DNA of 64,000 nt from a virus (IMGVR_UViG_3300028601_000020), one strand, 5' to 3'. Counted from the first letter of the stretch, positions 25,258 to 35,219 are shown. Numbers and translations: made by a program. The notes: generated from the letters alone by a model not told the origin.

Positions 25258-27601
25258 AATATCCAAATGAATTGCTCATTGAACGAATTGATATGTCCGT
25301 TTCTCTTGGAGAAAGATTTGTGTGAACCGATGATTTGTTTGATGAATTATTGATTGTCGTTTTTGGAGCATTGACGATTGCAGAACCACCTCCGCCTTTA
25401 GGTGCGTTTGCGGTTTTTGCTGCATTGATGGAATTTCCATACAACGATCCTGTTCTTGAGTCTTGAAAATCAATTTTTGGCTGAATAGGAGAAAGTTTAA
25501 TGTCTCCTTCTTCGTTTATACCAACAAATTTTAATTGATTTTCATCATTGCTCTTGACAGTGAATTCCTCTTTATCGCTGAGAATTCTTCTTAAATTGTT
25601 TGTTGTTTCTTTATCCCAGTCATTTAGGTTCAGAATATCATTAATCTGTTCAGCATTGGCTTTTTTGACCTTCTCCCAATTTCTGATTTCAGAGTAACCA
25701 ATAATATTTTTTTGAATCTCCCCATCTTCAATCATTTGACGAATAAAGTCGTTAGGAGTTGAAGGAATAAGCCCTTTTATCTTTCCTCCGATGCCCTTTA
25801 CTGTCTCTGTTGCTTTCTCTTTCCCTACATTCACAAGTCGTTTTGTCTCACCATAGTATGCTTTTGCTTCATCTTTTGCTTGCCCAAGATTATTTACAAG
25901 ATTCCCGGGAGCATCCTTGATAAACTGAACAGGCGCACTTGCTGGTTCTGATCCTCTAAACTGCTTAACAACTTTTCCAACACCCGGAATCTTTTCAAGA
26001 CTATTGAGAACCATATCAAATATTTTATCAAAAAGTTCATCAGCAAAAGACTTTACTTTGTCAAAAAGGAATGCCAAATCGTCTGCAAACGGAAGTTTGA
26101 CGTTGAACAAAGATTCAAACCATCCTTTAATTTTTTTGGCTGCGCCTGAAATCATATTCGTTAAAGAAAATCCTTCAATAGGAAAAACGGCTCTAAACAT
26201 TTCAGTGAAAAATTCAGGTATCCTTTTGATTGCATCAAACATTTCTGCCATTGCAACAGTAACTTTTTTATCAACCCACTCACCGAAATTTGTGTCCCAT
26301 CCGAGCAAGAACTTTGTTAATATATCAACAGTTTCCGCGATTCCACCAAAAACACTACCAATCGCTGAAGCAAATCTATCAGTTATTGTTACCATATCTG
26401 GCATTTTTTCTAATTTTTCGGCTGCCTTTTCTAATTTAAATCCTTGAAATGCATCATAAATTCCCATTGCAATAGTCAAAGGAAGCATGACTTTACCTAA
26501 AAGTCTTCCTGCTTTTCCTAAAAATGCTGTTAATTTCAACAATCGTTCTTTGAAAACTAACCACATCAACATCAAGGAATCAAAATCCATTCCTAATAAT
26601 TTGCTAAAAATTCCTTGCTTCTCTGTTGATTTGTCTGAAATCAAGGATTCTTTGTCTGTACCACCAAGACCTTCAAGAGCATCAATTGTTTCATCGTGTC
26701 TTATTTGATCTTCATGACGCTTTTCAATTTCAGCAAATCTATTACCTTGAGAATCCTTCGTAAGAATATTTACGCCATCTTCAATTCCTTCAAGTTTTTT
26801 GTTTGAAATGTCTATTGCTTCTTTTAGAACAACATTGCCTTTTGTCAATAAATCAATTATTGAATTACTTATTTCAATGTCTTCCTCTTCATACCACGAA
26901 TCTTCTTCTGTTTCTTTCTTTTTCTCTGCTTTTTTCTTTACTTTTTCAGTTTCGTCTGGTTCGTCGGTTTTTAATATACCACGGTTTTTTACCATCTGCT
27001 CAAATTGTTTTTCTTTCACAGAATTCATAAGACTTTCTTTCTTTTGTTTCTTTTCTTTGCGAACATCAACCATATCTTGAATTAATGATCCAAGAAACAT
27101 GAAAGCAGGATTGTCTAGGCCAATAGCACCAAGCAAACCAGTAATAGAAGGAAGTTTTTCTTTAATTTTTTCCTTCATTACTTTTTTCATTGAATAATCA
27201 GTTTCAAGCAATTGTTTGTTGGTTCTTTCGAGTTCAGAAACCATATCATTGAAAAATTTACTTTCTTCAATGGTGATTTCTTTCATTTCAGACAATTCAT
27301 CAATTTGCTTTTTGAAATATTTTATAATTTCAGTGTTTTGTTTGGCTTCTGTTCGTGAATCCGCATCAAGAACACCAGAAACAATTTTTGTTTGAGTATC
27401 AAAAAGTTCATCAAACAATGCACTTTGATTTTTATTTTCTTTTTCAAATCTTTCCGCAAATTCTTCATAAAGCATTGACTTACCAAATCTTGCAAGATCA
27501 GGAGATTTGCGGATAATGTCTTCAAGAGCATTAGATAATGCTTTGAGATCCTTTGGATCAATTTGTTCTTGTTCTTGTCCTGATAAATTTTGGTCAGCCA
27601 T
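25256..27601 (-). CDS. Tape-measure / baseplate hub length-determining protein (gp29-like)
   Basis: Long helical protein; hydrophobic GK..LPLTIAMGIYDAFQG segment; C-terminal VNAP.T.INN tail typical of T4-like gp29/TMP; follows gp26/gp51. Confidence 0.65.
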   Translation of the reverse strand: MADQNLSGQEQEQIDPKDLKALSNALEDIIRKSPDLARFGKSMLYEEFAERFEKENKNQSALFDELFDTQTKIVSGVLDADSRTEAKQNTEIIKYFKKQIDELSEMKEITIEESKFFNDMVSELERTNKQLLETDYSMKKVMKEKIKEKLPSITGLLGAIGLDNPAFMFLGSLIQDMVDVRKEKKQKKESLMNSVKEKQFEQMVKNRGILKTDEPDETEKVKKKAEKKKETEEDSWYEEEDIEISNSIIDLLTKGNVVLKEAIDISNKKLEGIEDGVNILTKDSQGNRFAEIEKRHEDQIRHDETIDALEGLGGTDKESLISDKSTEKQGIFSKLLGMDFDSLMLMWLVFKERLLKLTAFLGKAGRLLGKVMLPLTIAMGIYDAFQGFKLEKAAEKLEKMPDMVTITDRFASAIGSVFGGIAETVDILTKFLLGWDTNFGEWVDKKVTVAMAEMFDAIKRIPEFFTEMFRAVFPIEGFSLTNMISGAAKKIKGWFESLFNVKLPFADDLAFLFDKVKSFADELFDKIFDMVLNSLEKIPGVGKVVKQFRGSEPASAPVQFIKDAPGNLVNNLGQAKDEAKAYYGETKRLVNVGKEKATETVKGIGGKIKGLIPSTPNDFIRQMIEDGEIQKNIIGYSEIRNWEKVKKANAEQINDILNLNDWDKETTNNLRRILSDKEEFTVKSNDENQLKFVGINEEGDIKLSPIQPKIDFQDSRTGSLYGNSINAAKTANAPKGGGGSAIVNAPKTTINNSSNKSSVHTNLSPRETDISIRSMSNSFGY

Positions 27602-27610
27602 ATTTGCTCT

Positions 27611-27730
27611 TTATTTTGTTTTTTCTATAAATTGAACAAGCAATCCGATATAAGATTCCCTTTCCCATGGTTGCAGCATATTTAATTCAGTTAGACTAAA
27701 TTTGTATTGATTCATCAAAATGAAATTCAT
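27611..27730 (-). CDS. gp51: gp51-like small baseplate hub assembly protein (probably the -1 frameshift extension of gp26)
   Basis: Read manually: MNFILMNQYKFSLTELNMLQPWERESYIGLLVQFIEKTK; the K.SLTEL..M.PWER..Y..LL motif is conserved in T4-like phages. Confidence 0.78.
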   Translation of the reverse strand: MNFILMNQYKFSLTELNMLQPWERESYIGLLVQFIEKTK

Positions 27731-27765
27731 TCGTATCCTATTAAAGATAGAATCATGAGAAAGGC

Positions 27766-28497
27766 TTATCCGAAAAAATTTCTAATACCACCTAATTGAT
27801 ATTCATGAATTTTATTACAAGTTGAGCATTTTCCTTTTACTGAATGGACAATTTTTGGTGCATTTTCAATGAAATCAATAATCTTTTTCAATGTCTTTGA
27901 ATTCATGTTTTTAATGAATCTTTCTTTTTCTTCAAATGTAAAATCGGATGCACTGTAAACGTTATCTCCACTAACAACCGTTTCCATCAATTCAGAAACA
28001 ATTTTAATTGTACTTGACTTTTCTTTATCATCAAGCAATAATATCAATGTTTCAAAACCGGGATATTTCATAACAAGCGAAACTGTATCATTCAGTTTGA
28101 CAACGTTTCCGCCTTTCACAAAAGTTGGTGCTTTAACGTCTTCAATATTAAAAACACAATCAACGTTTCCTTTGCAGTCTGGGGTCTTGCACTTCAAAGA
28201 AATTTCAACCTCTTCGCCGATAGATTTTGATCTAAGTTTAAGGAAGAAATATTCAATATCAAAATAAGCAAGAGTGTTTGGGTCAACTTCACCAAACGTA
28301 CACGAACGAATCAATTCTTTGATATTGTCAATCACAAGTTCAATATCATCTGATTCTTTTACCATTAACAAACTCTGTTCCTCTCCCACAGTAAAAGGTC
28401 GGTATTTGACTTTTTGACCGGAAGAAGGAATGACCAATGAATAAATTGGCGCCTGATTTAGGGTGTCAAGAATAGACTGCTTTGTTTGTCGTTTCAC
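27766..28497 (-). CDS. gp26: Baseplate hub assembly protein gp26
   Basis: P.Y.L.IPSSG.KVKYRPFTV.EE..LL, L.YFDIEYFFLKLRSKSIGE, MKYP, ending in G..NFF. Confidence 0.88.
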   Translation of the reverse strand: MKRQTKQSILDTLNQAPIYSLVIPSSGQKVKYRPFTVGEEQSLLMVKESDDIELVIDNIKELIRSCTFGEVDPNTLAYFDIEYFFLKLRSKSIGEEVEISLKCKTPDCKGNVDCVFNIEDVKAPTFVKGGNVVKLNDTVSLVMKYPGFETLILLLDDKEKSSTIKIVSELMETVVSGDNVYSASDFTFEEKERFIKNMNSKTLKKIIDFIENAPKIVHSVKGKCSTCNKIHEYQLGGIRNFFG

Positions 28498-28521
28498 TTT
28501 GTTCTCCTTTCTCTTTATTGC

Positions 28522-29517
28522 TTATTGATTTTCTGTATTGCCACTGGCATAATTTTGAAATTCTTGATAACTTCCAAATTGGTTGTAATCCATTTCAGGA
28601 GACGCATCAATTTGTTCTTGAGTGGGCAATTGTGGTTCTGCTTTTGGTTTAACCGTTGTTGGCTCTTGTGACTGCGGTACTTGAACATCGGCTTTAGGTT
28701 CGCTTACAGTTTTATAATTATAATCATCAGGATTATAATCTGCCGGTACATCATATTCAGAAACCATTTCACTATTATCAATTGTTTCATTAGCCAAATC
28801 TGAATAATCTCCAGGAGTTCTGTTCAATCGTGCTTTTTTTGATTTTACTGGTTTTGTTTCTGCTGGTATTTGCGGTCCTGCTTTAGGAGCAACAGTAACG
28901 GGCTCTGTTATTATTGGAGGTTGAACATCTGCTTTTGGATTATAAGTGTTTTCTGGCTTTGTTCCTTCAGGAACTTTATCAAATACTGTTGTACTTTCCC
29001 CTTGCTCGCCTTTAACTTCCCAATGGTGATAAGTAAATGAAACATTAAACAAAGGAAGCTGGTCACCAGCAGTATAATCAAATGTCAAAGGATCCATACT
29101 AATAGGATATGCTTCAAAAAGTGTCGTGCTTGTCTTTACATTTCCTTGTTTATCTAAATTATTAATAACAACTGTTCCTATAATTTCTTCATACCATGCC
29201 ATATTCCATGAAGTATTTCCGCTCATTAATCGTTGCCATTGATTGAAGAAATCTCTTTCTTTCAAAACATCAGAGGCAATAAAAGACAATTGAATATCAT
29301 CATATAATTCCATATAATGAATTTTTCTAACTGGACCATGAGTAAACAATTCTGTAGTTGAAAAACCACGACCCGGTAATACAACAGAAGTACACCTCAA
29401 TGAAATTTCTCTATCAAGAGTTCCAAGAGGTCCAGTAATCATAACTTCATATTTTGACAAATCAAGTAAAGGATATTTACTTAATGATGCCTTTAATTCC
29501 TTTATTGATAATCCCAT
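28522..29517 (-). CDS. gp54: Baseplate tail-tube initiator gp54-like, with a Pro/Thr-rich C-terminal extension
   Basis: LRC.SV.LPGR...T, Y.DI.LSF......ER.FF..WQ, L.EAYP.S...L, V.FTYHHW. Confidence 0.75.
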   Translation of the reverse strand: MGLSIKELKASLSKYPLLDLSKYEVMITGPLGTLDREISLRCTSVVLPGRGFSTTELFTHGPVRKIHYMELYDDIQLSFIASDVLKERDFFNQWQRLMSGNTSWNMAWYEEIIGTVVINNLDKQGNVKTSTTLFEAYPISMDPLTFDYTAGDQLPLFNVSFTYHHWEVKGEQGESTTVFDKVPEGTKPENTYNPKADVQPPIITEPVTVAPKAGPQIPAETKPVKSKKARLNRTPGDYSDLANETIDNSEMVSEYDVPADYNPDDYNYKTVSEPKADVQVPQSQEPTTVKPKAEPQLPTQEQIDASPEMDYNQFGSYQEFQNYASGNTENQ

Positions 29518-29523
29518 TTTGTT

Positions 29524-30114
29524 TTACCGGTAATATTTTCGTGAATCTGTCCAAACTTGTTTCTCTGTAGCACCTTTGAATCTTGCTACAGGAAGATTTA
29601 TTGCTAAATGCCACTGTGAAGGCCTTATAATCATGATATTTGATCGTAAATTCTTTTTAATATATCTCTTCAAACAAGGCTGAAAGTATCTATATTTTGA
29701 AACGCTTTTTAGTAATCCGTATGTAATTTTTAATTTTGTTGATTTGTCAAACCTAGAATTATTTATTACGTCCATCAGTCTTGTAAGAAATGTTCCTCTC
29801 ACTCCCGGGGGCAAATAATGAAGATTCATTCCGAGAAAATGTTCAGACGTTTCGTCAACCATTATTACTAACGGAAACTTATCCCAATACGGAAGTTTGC
29901 CGTCGTATTTCGCTTGATATTTGTAGTACACCATACGTCCAATCAAAGGCACTTGTCCTCTATAACGAAGATCAGACATATCTTTTGAGGCTATCTCACG
30001 GCCCGTCAAGGCTATCAGTTTTTCCCTGAACCACTTTTTGGCTAACTTCTCTTCTTCGCCTTTAAAAATATTCGTGGCGAATGGATTTTTCTTCGCTGTC
30101 TGATTAGTTGCCAT
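29524..30114 (-). CDS. gp2: DNA end protector protein gp2
   Basis: G.M.YY.Y.AK....LPYWDKFPLVI, FLGMNLHYLPP..R, PCLKRYI, W..A..LP...F, VW.DS. Confidence 0.92.
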   Translation of the reverse strand: MATNQTAKKNPFATNIFKGEEEKLAKKWFREKLIALTGREIASKDMSDLRYRGQVPLIGRMVYYKYQAKYDGKLPYWDKFPLVIMVDETSEHFLGMNLHYLPPGVRGTFLTRLMDVINNSRFDKSTKLKITYGLLKSVSKYRYFQPCLKRYIKKNLRSNIMIIRPSQWHLAINLPVARFKGATEKQVWTDSRKYYR

Positions 30115-30652
30115 TTCGTTTCATCGTGGTTATTGGTTTCAGTCTTTTAATCTGTTTTTTATTTTTTCCGTATTGCACATGCCTGAATCGCTGAGAAACT
30201 TGGAGTTTGATTCCTAATTTCTGCAATTCTTCTTCTGTCCATATAACGAAGACCGCGCCCCCTCTTTCAGCAACGATTTTTGCAGCATCCCATTTGCTTG
30301 TGTTCACTGCATACGTTTTTGCTTCATATAAATATCTTTTTTTCGTCTTCTTTTCAGTCTTAACTGGTTCTTTTGTTTGTGCTTTTGGTTTTACTTCAAC
30401 CAGCAATTTTGCTCCATTTTTAAATACAATATTGAAATCAGCATAATATCGGTGAGGTTTTCCGTCAAACTTTGAAATATAAGGAATTACAATTTCCTCT
30501 GATCCCCACAATAAAACATCATCATTATTGTCCAGCCATATCATGAGACTCCTTTCCCATGACGATCTAAAAACTATTTCTTTGATTCTTCTGGGGTTGG
30601 AATACTTTTCTGGATTTTTTGGTCTGTAAAAACCTTGATGAAATTTTGACAT
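30104..30652 (-). CDS. gp4: Head completion nuclease gp4 (TnsA-like)
   Basis: G.YRPKNPEKY, RSSWER..M.WLD.N..V..WGSEE..IPY, HRYYADF, EVKP..QT, N.SKW.AA. Confidence 0.92.
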   Translation of the reverse strand: MSKFHQGFYRPKNPEKYSNPRRIKEIVFRSSWERSLMIWLDNNDDVLLWGSEEIVIPYISKFDGKPHRYYADFNIVFKNGAKLLVEVKPKAQTKEPVKTEKKTKKRYLYEAKTYAVNTSKWDAAKIVAERGGAVFVIWTEEELQKLGIKLQVSQRFRHVQYGKNKKQIKRLKPITTMKRNGN

Positions 30653-30688
30653 AGCCTCCGCAATATCTTATTGATTAAGTGTATGTTG

Positions 30689-30696
30689 TATAAATA
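30689..30696 (+). promoter_or_regulatory. T4-type late promoter (rightward, baseplate operon)
   Basis: Exact TATAAATA. Confidence 0.8.
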
Positions 30697-30717
30697 AAAG
30701 AAATATCTTTTCAGTTT

Positions 30718-30725
30718 TATTTATA
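30718..30725 (-). promoter_or_regulatory. T4-type late promoter (leftward, gp4 operon)
   Basis: Exact TATAAATA on the minus strand. Confidence 0.8.
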
Positions 30726-30746
30726 CAAAAGACAATAGGACATAAA

Positions 30747-31505
30747 ATGGCAATTGATTTATTGTTAAATCATAAACAACAAAGCGGAATTACTCGAATA
30801 GGCGATTTCGGTCAAAACGCTCCTTATACAATGTTTAGGGTTGGCGGAGAAACAATCTTAATTCAAATGCCAGTTTCAATCATGAGCAGAGGGGCGTTAT
30901 TGTGGGACCAGAGAGATTTTACTCCAGATAGTGTTATGGCGAATGCAGCAGTTGAATTAGTTGATGCAGATTCTTTAATTAAAAATTTACCATGGGCAGG
31001 ATCAACTGTTGGTAGAGGTATCGTTGAACAAGCAAAAAGAGGCGTACAATCAAGAATAGGCGAAGCTGTTGGTTTTAGGGACGCAGCAGACTACATGGCA
31101 CACAAAGCAGGAAAAGCAGTCAATCCAAATAAAGAATTGACTTTCTCTGGTCTTGGATACAGAAACTTTAACTTTGAATTTGAACTTGTTCCAACAAACA
31201 GAGCAACGAATGACGCAATTGCAGTGTTCACAGAAAAAATGCAATACTACGCCGCGCCTGACTTTGCAGGAGAAGGAAAAACGTATTTTGCTTATCCTGA
31301 TATATGGGAAGTTAGTTTTGTTCCTGATACTTTTTTACCAAGAATTATGCCTTGTTATTTGACAGATTATTCAATCAACTATGCAGGGGCAGGAAAATTA
31401 GTTCTTCATGAAAGCGCAGCACCCCTTGCGGTTACATTTTCAATGACATTCACTGAAGCAGAACTCCACATGAGAGACAAGATTAAATCAGGATATTGGG
31501 GATAA
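30747..31505 (+). CDS. gp48: Baseplate tail-tube cap gp48
   Basis: G.AVNPN.EL.F.G...R.F.FEF.L.P, F.YP, C.LT..SINY, ..TF.E.E....D.I..GY. Confidence 0.85.
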   Translation: MAIDLLLNHKQQSGITRIGDFGQNAPYTMFRVGGETILIQMPVSIMSRGALLWDQRDFTPDSVMANAAVELVDADSLIKNLPWAGSTVGRGIVEQAKRGVQSRIGEAVGFRDAADYMAHKAGKAVNPNKELTFSGLGYRNFNFEFELVPTNRATNDAIAVFTEKMQYYAAPDFAGEGKTYFAYPDIWEVSFVPDTFLPRIMPCYLTDYSINYAGAGKLVLHESAAPLAVTFSMTFTEAELHMRDKIKSGYWG

Positions 31506-31506
31506 A

Positions 31507-32085
31507 ATGAAAATTTTCAAAGAACGATTTTATTATTTCAATGGATTCCCGAGAGTTAAATATTATTTGAATGATGAAGAAAAAGATTCAATTGATTTTC
31601 TTCATAGATGGGCTTTTAGGGAAACAATAAAAAATAACTCTGCTTCTTTTTCAAAATGGCTTATCCGTGATGAAGACACAATGTTCAGCATTGCCGAAAC
31701 TCTTTATAAATCACGATTTTATTTTTGGGTTATTTTAATGATGAATGATATGATTGATCCTTTATTTGATTGGCCAATGAATGAACACGATTTGTATGAG
31801 TACACAAAAAAGAAATACGGACCTGAAAACATTGCTGGTATTCATCATTATGAAGCAGATGAAGACGATAATCTTTATTCGTATCCTCCGGGAACAATTG
31901 TTTCTTTTGACTACCAGAACCACATTGAATCTGGTACATCAAGAAATATCATTGCAATTAATAATTTCGAGTATGAAGCAAGGAAAAATGAAGATAAGCG
32001 AATTATCAGGCTTTTAAAACCAGAATATCTTGATCAGGTAAAGAAAGAGCGTGATCAAATCACAAAACAAGGATTCATAATCTAA
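31507..32085 (+). CDS. gp53: Baseplate wedge protein gp53
   Basis: YF..FP...Y, IA..LY....YFWVIL.MN...DP..DWPM, IHHYE, YE...NE.KR.I.LLKP.YL. Confidence 0.88.
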   Translation: MKIFKERFYYFNGFPRVKYYLNDEEKDSIDFLHRWAFRETIKNNSASFSKWLIRDEDTMFSIAETLYKSRFYFWVILMMNDMIDPLFDWPMNEHDLYEYTKKKYGPENIAGIHHYEADEDDNLYSYPPGTIVSFDYQNHIESGTSRNIIAINNFEYEARKNEDKRIIRLLKPEYLDQVKKERDQITKQGFII

Positions 32086-33557
32086 TGGCTTACAATTACT
32101 TTGACGCAGAAATTGATCCAGGTGCGTATGACGTTGATTATTTAAAGATAATCGGAGATGAAGGAGAAGTAGATGTTACATACCTCCTTATTGAATTGAA
32201 CATCATTGAAAATATTTTTGCAAAATGCATTACAGGATCTATTGTTTTACAGGATTCGTTAAATATCATAACGAATCTTCCAGTAAGAGAAGGTGATTTG
32301 ATTGAAGGAAGACTAAAAACTATTGATACTGATCCTTATGTTTCAATGTTTGACCCTGACGGAGAAATTGAATTTACTTTTGAAATAATAAAAATTTCAC
32401 ACCAAGAAAAAACCAAACAGGATGCCCAAGTTTGGTCTGCTTCTTTTGTATCATCAACATGGACAGACAACCTTGCAAATAGAATTTCAAGAGCATGGAA
32501 GCAAGTTCAGTATAATACCATCATTGAAGATATATTTATGGATTACCTGAGCCACCAAGGATTAAAGAAAAAACTGCCGATTAAACCATTAGACGCAAAA
32601 CCAACAGAAGGATTATGGAATGTTGTTATTCCTAATTGGAAACCTTATGATGCAATAACTTGGATTTCAAGGCGTTCGTTTGATGGACTTGCTGTTAATT
32701 TTTTGTTTTATGAAGACAAAGAGCAGTTTTATTATGTTTCAATGAATGAAATTCTTGGCAAAGGTCCTGTTGAAGAATATTTTACATCTTCAGCGGATAG
32801 ATTTGTTTCAGATGGAATGTCGGACGAACCAAACCCCGAATATCTTCGTCCAAGATACTTGAATATTGCTACGATGAAATTTCTTGGTTATCATGACATT
32901 ACAAAAGCAGCAGCAAAAGGAATGATCGGAAACAGAATGATACGATGGGATCCTTTCTATAAAAGAGTGACTGACTTCTATCCTCATGGTCCAGAAGCAC
33001 CAAATTATACCCTTGACGAACCTTACAATTATATTGACGATTTTGAAGCATTAAACCACTGTGAAAAATTAAGAGAACTTATCAGGGACGAAGTAAGCGC
33101 AAAATTCAGCACAGAAGAGGCTAATGCTGTTTTAACGGTTGTTCCTGATCATAACCATTGTTGGGACGACCAAGAAACATTTGAGACAGAAAAATATGTT
33201 CGTCAAAGGCCGGGCCAAATTGAACAACTTGAATTCTTGTCGCTTGAAGTAACAATGCCGGGAAATTTCACCAGAAGAGTAGGCGAAAAAATAGAAATTG
33301 ACTTTAATTCTCCTGAGTTTAAATATAAAGGACCAGACGAAACGCCTGTTCCAGATGTTCGTTTTAGGGGAAATTGGCTTATTGCTACTTTAAGACGAAA
33401 ATTCACTTCAGACAGACATACGCTTGTCTGCGAACTAATAAAAGACAACTATCATACCTTGAGAATCAATCCAATTTGGGAGAAAATGCTTCCTCCTGAT
33501 TCAGATCCTCAAGCAGAACTCAAGTATGACGGTCAAGGAAAGGTTAGAGGTCTTTAA
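32085..33557 (+). CDS. Baseplate hub protein (gp27-like)
   Basis: LNI.ENIF...ITG.I...D..N....LP, IPNWKP..AI.W, FLFYE, PG....VG..I, G.WLI..LR; position between gp53 and gp5. Confidence 0.72.
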   Translation: MAYNYFDAEIDPGAYDVDYLKIIGDEGEVDVTYLLIELNIIENIFAKCITGSIVLQDSLNIITNLPVREGDLIEGRLKTIDTDPYVSMFDPDGEIEFTFEIIKISHQEKTKQDAQVWSASFVSSTWTDNLANRISRAWKQVQYNTIIEDIFMDYLSHQGLKKKLPIKPLDAKPTEGLWNVVIPNWKPYDAITWISRRSFDGLAVNFLFYEDKEQFYYVSMNEILGKGPVEEYFTSSADRFVSDGMSDEPNPEYLRPRYLNIATMKFLGYHDITKAAAKGMIGNRMIRWDPFYKRVTDFYPHGPEAPNYTLDEPYNYIDDFEALNHCEKLRELIRDEVSAKFSTEEANAVLTVVPDHNHCWDDQETFETEKYVRQRPGQIEQLEFLSLEVTMPGNFTRRVGEKIEIDFNSPEFKYKGPDETPVPDVRFRGNWLIATLRRKFTSDRHTLVCELIKDNYHTLRINPIWEKMLPPDSDPQAELKYDGQGKVRGL

Positions 33558-35176
33558 TGGAATCACAAAATTTAATGGGGTTGACAGGAAGATTTTTTCA
33601 CTTTGTTGGTGTTGTGGAATGTATTCTTGATCCTGAAAAACTTGGTCGCGTTCGGGTAAGAGTTTTAGGAGAGCATACACAAGACAAAGTTGAAATTCCT
33701 ACTGATCATTTACCGTGGGCAATGGTTGTTATGCCCGTGACTTCTGCATCCATATCAGGGGTTGGAGAATCTCCTCTCGGTCTTATGGTAGGTTCATGGG
33801 TTGTTGGATTTTATCTTGACGGGGAAAACAAACAACAACCTTGCATTCTCGGTTCTTTGGGTGGATTTCCTCTTGATCCTCCTTTTGGTGATGTTGGTTT
33901 TAATGACTTCACTGAATGTTTTCCGCAAGAGGACAAACTTGAAGAACCAGACACAAATAGACTTGCAAGAGGAATTGTCGGTGAACATGTTAAAGATCAC
34001 GTTGCCGTTACTGTCAGAAAAGAATCAGTAATGAACAATATTGCAACTGCCGCAGATCAATGGTCAGAACCAGAAACACCTTATGCTGCAATTTATCCTT
34101 ACAATTATGTATGGGAAGGTCCGTATAATCCAAAATGCGACGGTTGCGAGTGGGGACATTTAGAAGAATGGGACAGCACACCCGGAGCAGAACGATATTT
34201 CAGACAACACAAAACGTCACAAAACTTTCTTGAAATTCACCCTGACGGGAAAGAAGTACGAAAAATTTATGGAGATGGATTTGAGATTGACTTAGGATCA
34301 AAACATTTGTACATTGAAGGTGATTATCGGGTTACTGTCATGGGAAACAAAGATGAATACATTAAAGGAGACTATTGGCAACACATTGAAGGTGATTATA
34401 TCAGAGTTGTAGAAGGCGATAAGATTTGCATGACTGAAGGGAAAGACGCCTTGACTTCTCAAGATGAAATAATTCAAAGAGCAAAAGGAAATATATTCGT
34501 TGCCTCAGAACAAAACCTGATAAATCAAGCAAATATTGATATAAATATTCTTTCTGGTTCAAAAGTCAAAATATCTTCTGTTCAAGAATCAACAATAGGA
34601 ATTGGTACTTATTCTCCTATCACAATTGAACCCATCCCGCCAATTAACGTTGATTCAGATAGTTTTCCTTCTGTTACATTAAAATGCGATGAAATGAACC
34701 AAGAAAAGGATACCATTTCAAACACCATTATTCCAGAAATTCCTGCATTTTCATTAGAAGCATCCTCAACGTTTGACGCTCAAGTAAAAATTGTTCCGGA
34801 TAAAATTTATGTTGACGCCGACGATATTCATGAATTAGGTGAAACGTATTTTAAAGAAGACGTTCATTTTAACAAAAATGTTTTTGTTTTCAACACACTA
34901 AACGTCAATGATGATGTCAAAATTGACGGAGAATTGCATGTTGGAATGGACGCTTATATAGGCAACTTTCTTGAAGTAGTTGAAGAAATATGGGGTATTG
35001 TAGTAGAAACTCCGGGCATGCCGCCAGAAGAAGCAGACGTTCCAACAAAAGCAGAAGAAACAGAAAAAGCGACAATCGCAGAAACATCCGAAATACCAGA
35101 CAAAACTTATTCGCCTAATAATAAATCCACAACTCCGGTTGAGCCAGACGATTATTTTGAATGCGAAGAAAGCTAA
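33557..35176 (+). CDS. gp5: Baseplate central spike gp5 (OB fold plus beta-helix, no lysozyme domain)
   Basis: FVGVVE...DPEKLGRVRVRV.G.HT.DK..IPT..LPWA, GSWVVGF.LDG...QQP..LG, YPYN.V, DSTPGAER and IEGDY repeats. Confidence 0.9.
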   Translation: MESQNLMGLTGRFFHFVGVVECILDPEKLGRVRVRVLGEHTQDKVEIPTDHLPWAMVVMPVTSASISGVGESPLGLMVGSWVVGFYLDGENKQQPCILGSLGGFPLDPPFGDVGFNDFTECFPQEDKLEEPDTNRLARGIVGEHVKDHVAVTVRKESVMNNIATAADQWSEPETPYAAIYPYNYVWEGPYNPKCDGCEWGHLEEWDSTPGAERYFRQHKTSQNFLEIHPDGKEVRKIYGDGFEIDLGSKHLYIEGDYRVTVMGNKDEYIKGDYWQHIEGDYIRVVEGDKICMTEGKDALTSQDEIIQRAKGNIFVASEQNLINQANIDINILSGSKVKISSVQESTIGIGTYSPITIEPIPPINVDSDSFPSVTLKCDEMNQEKDTISNTIIPEIPAFSLEASSTFDAQVKIVPDKIYVDADDIHELGETYFKEDVHFNKNVFVFNTLNVNDDVKIDGELHVGMDAYIGNFLEVVEEIWGIVVETPGMPPEEADVPTKAEETEKATIAETSEIPDKTYSPNNKSTTPVEPDDYFECEES

Positions 35177-35219
35177 TAAATACTAAAAGAATGAATCAAA
35201 ATTTTTCTAATGGTCTAAA

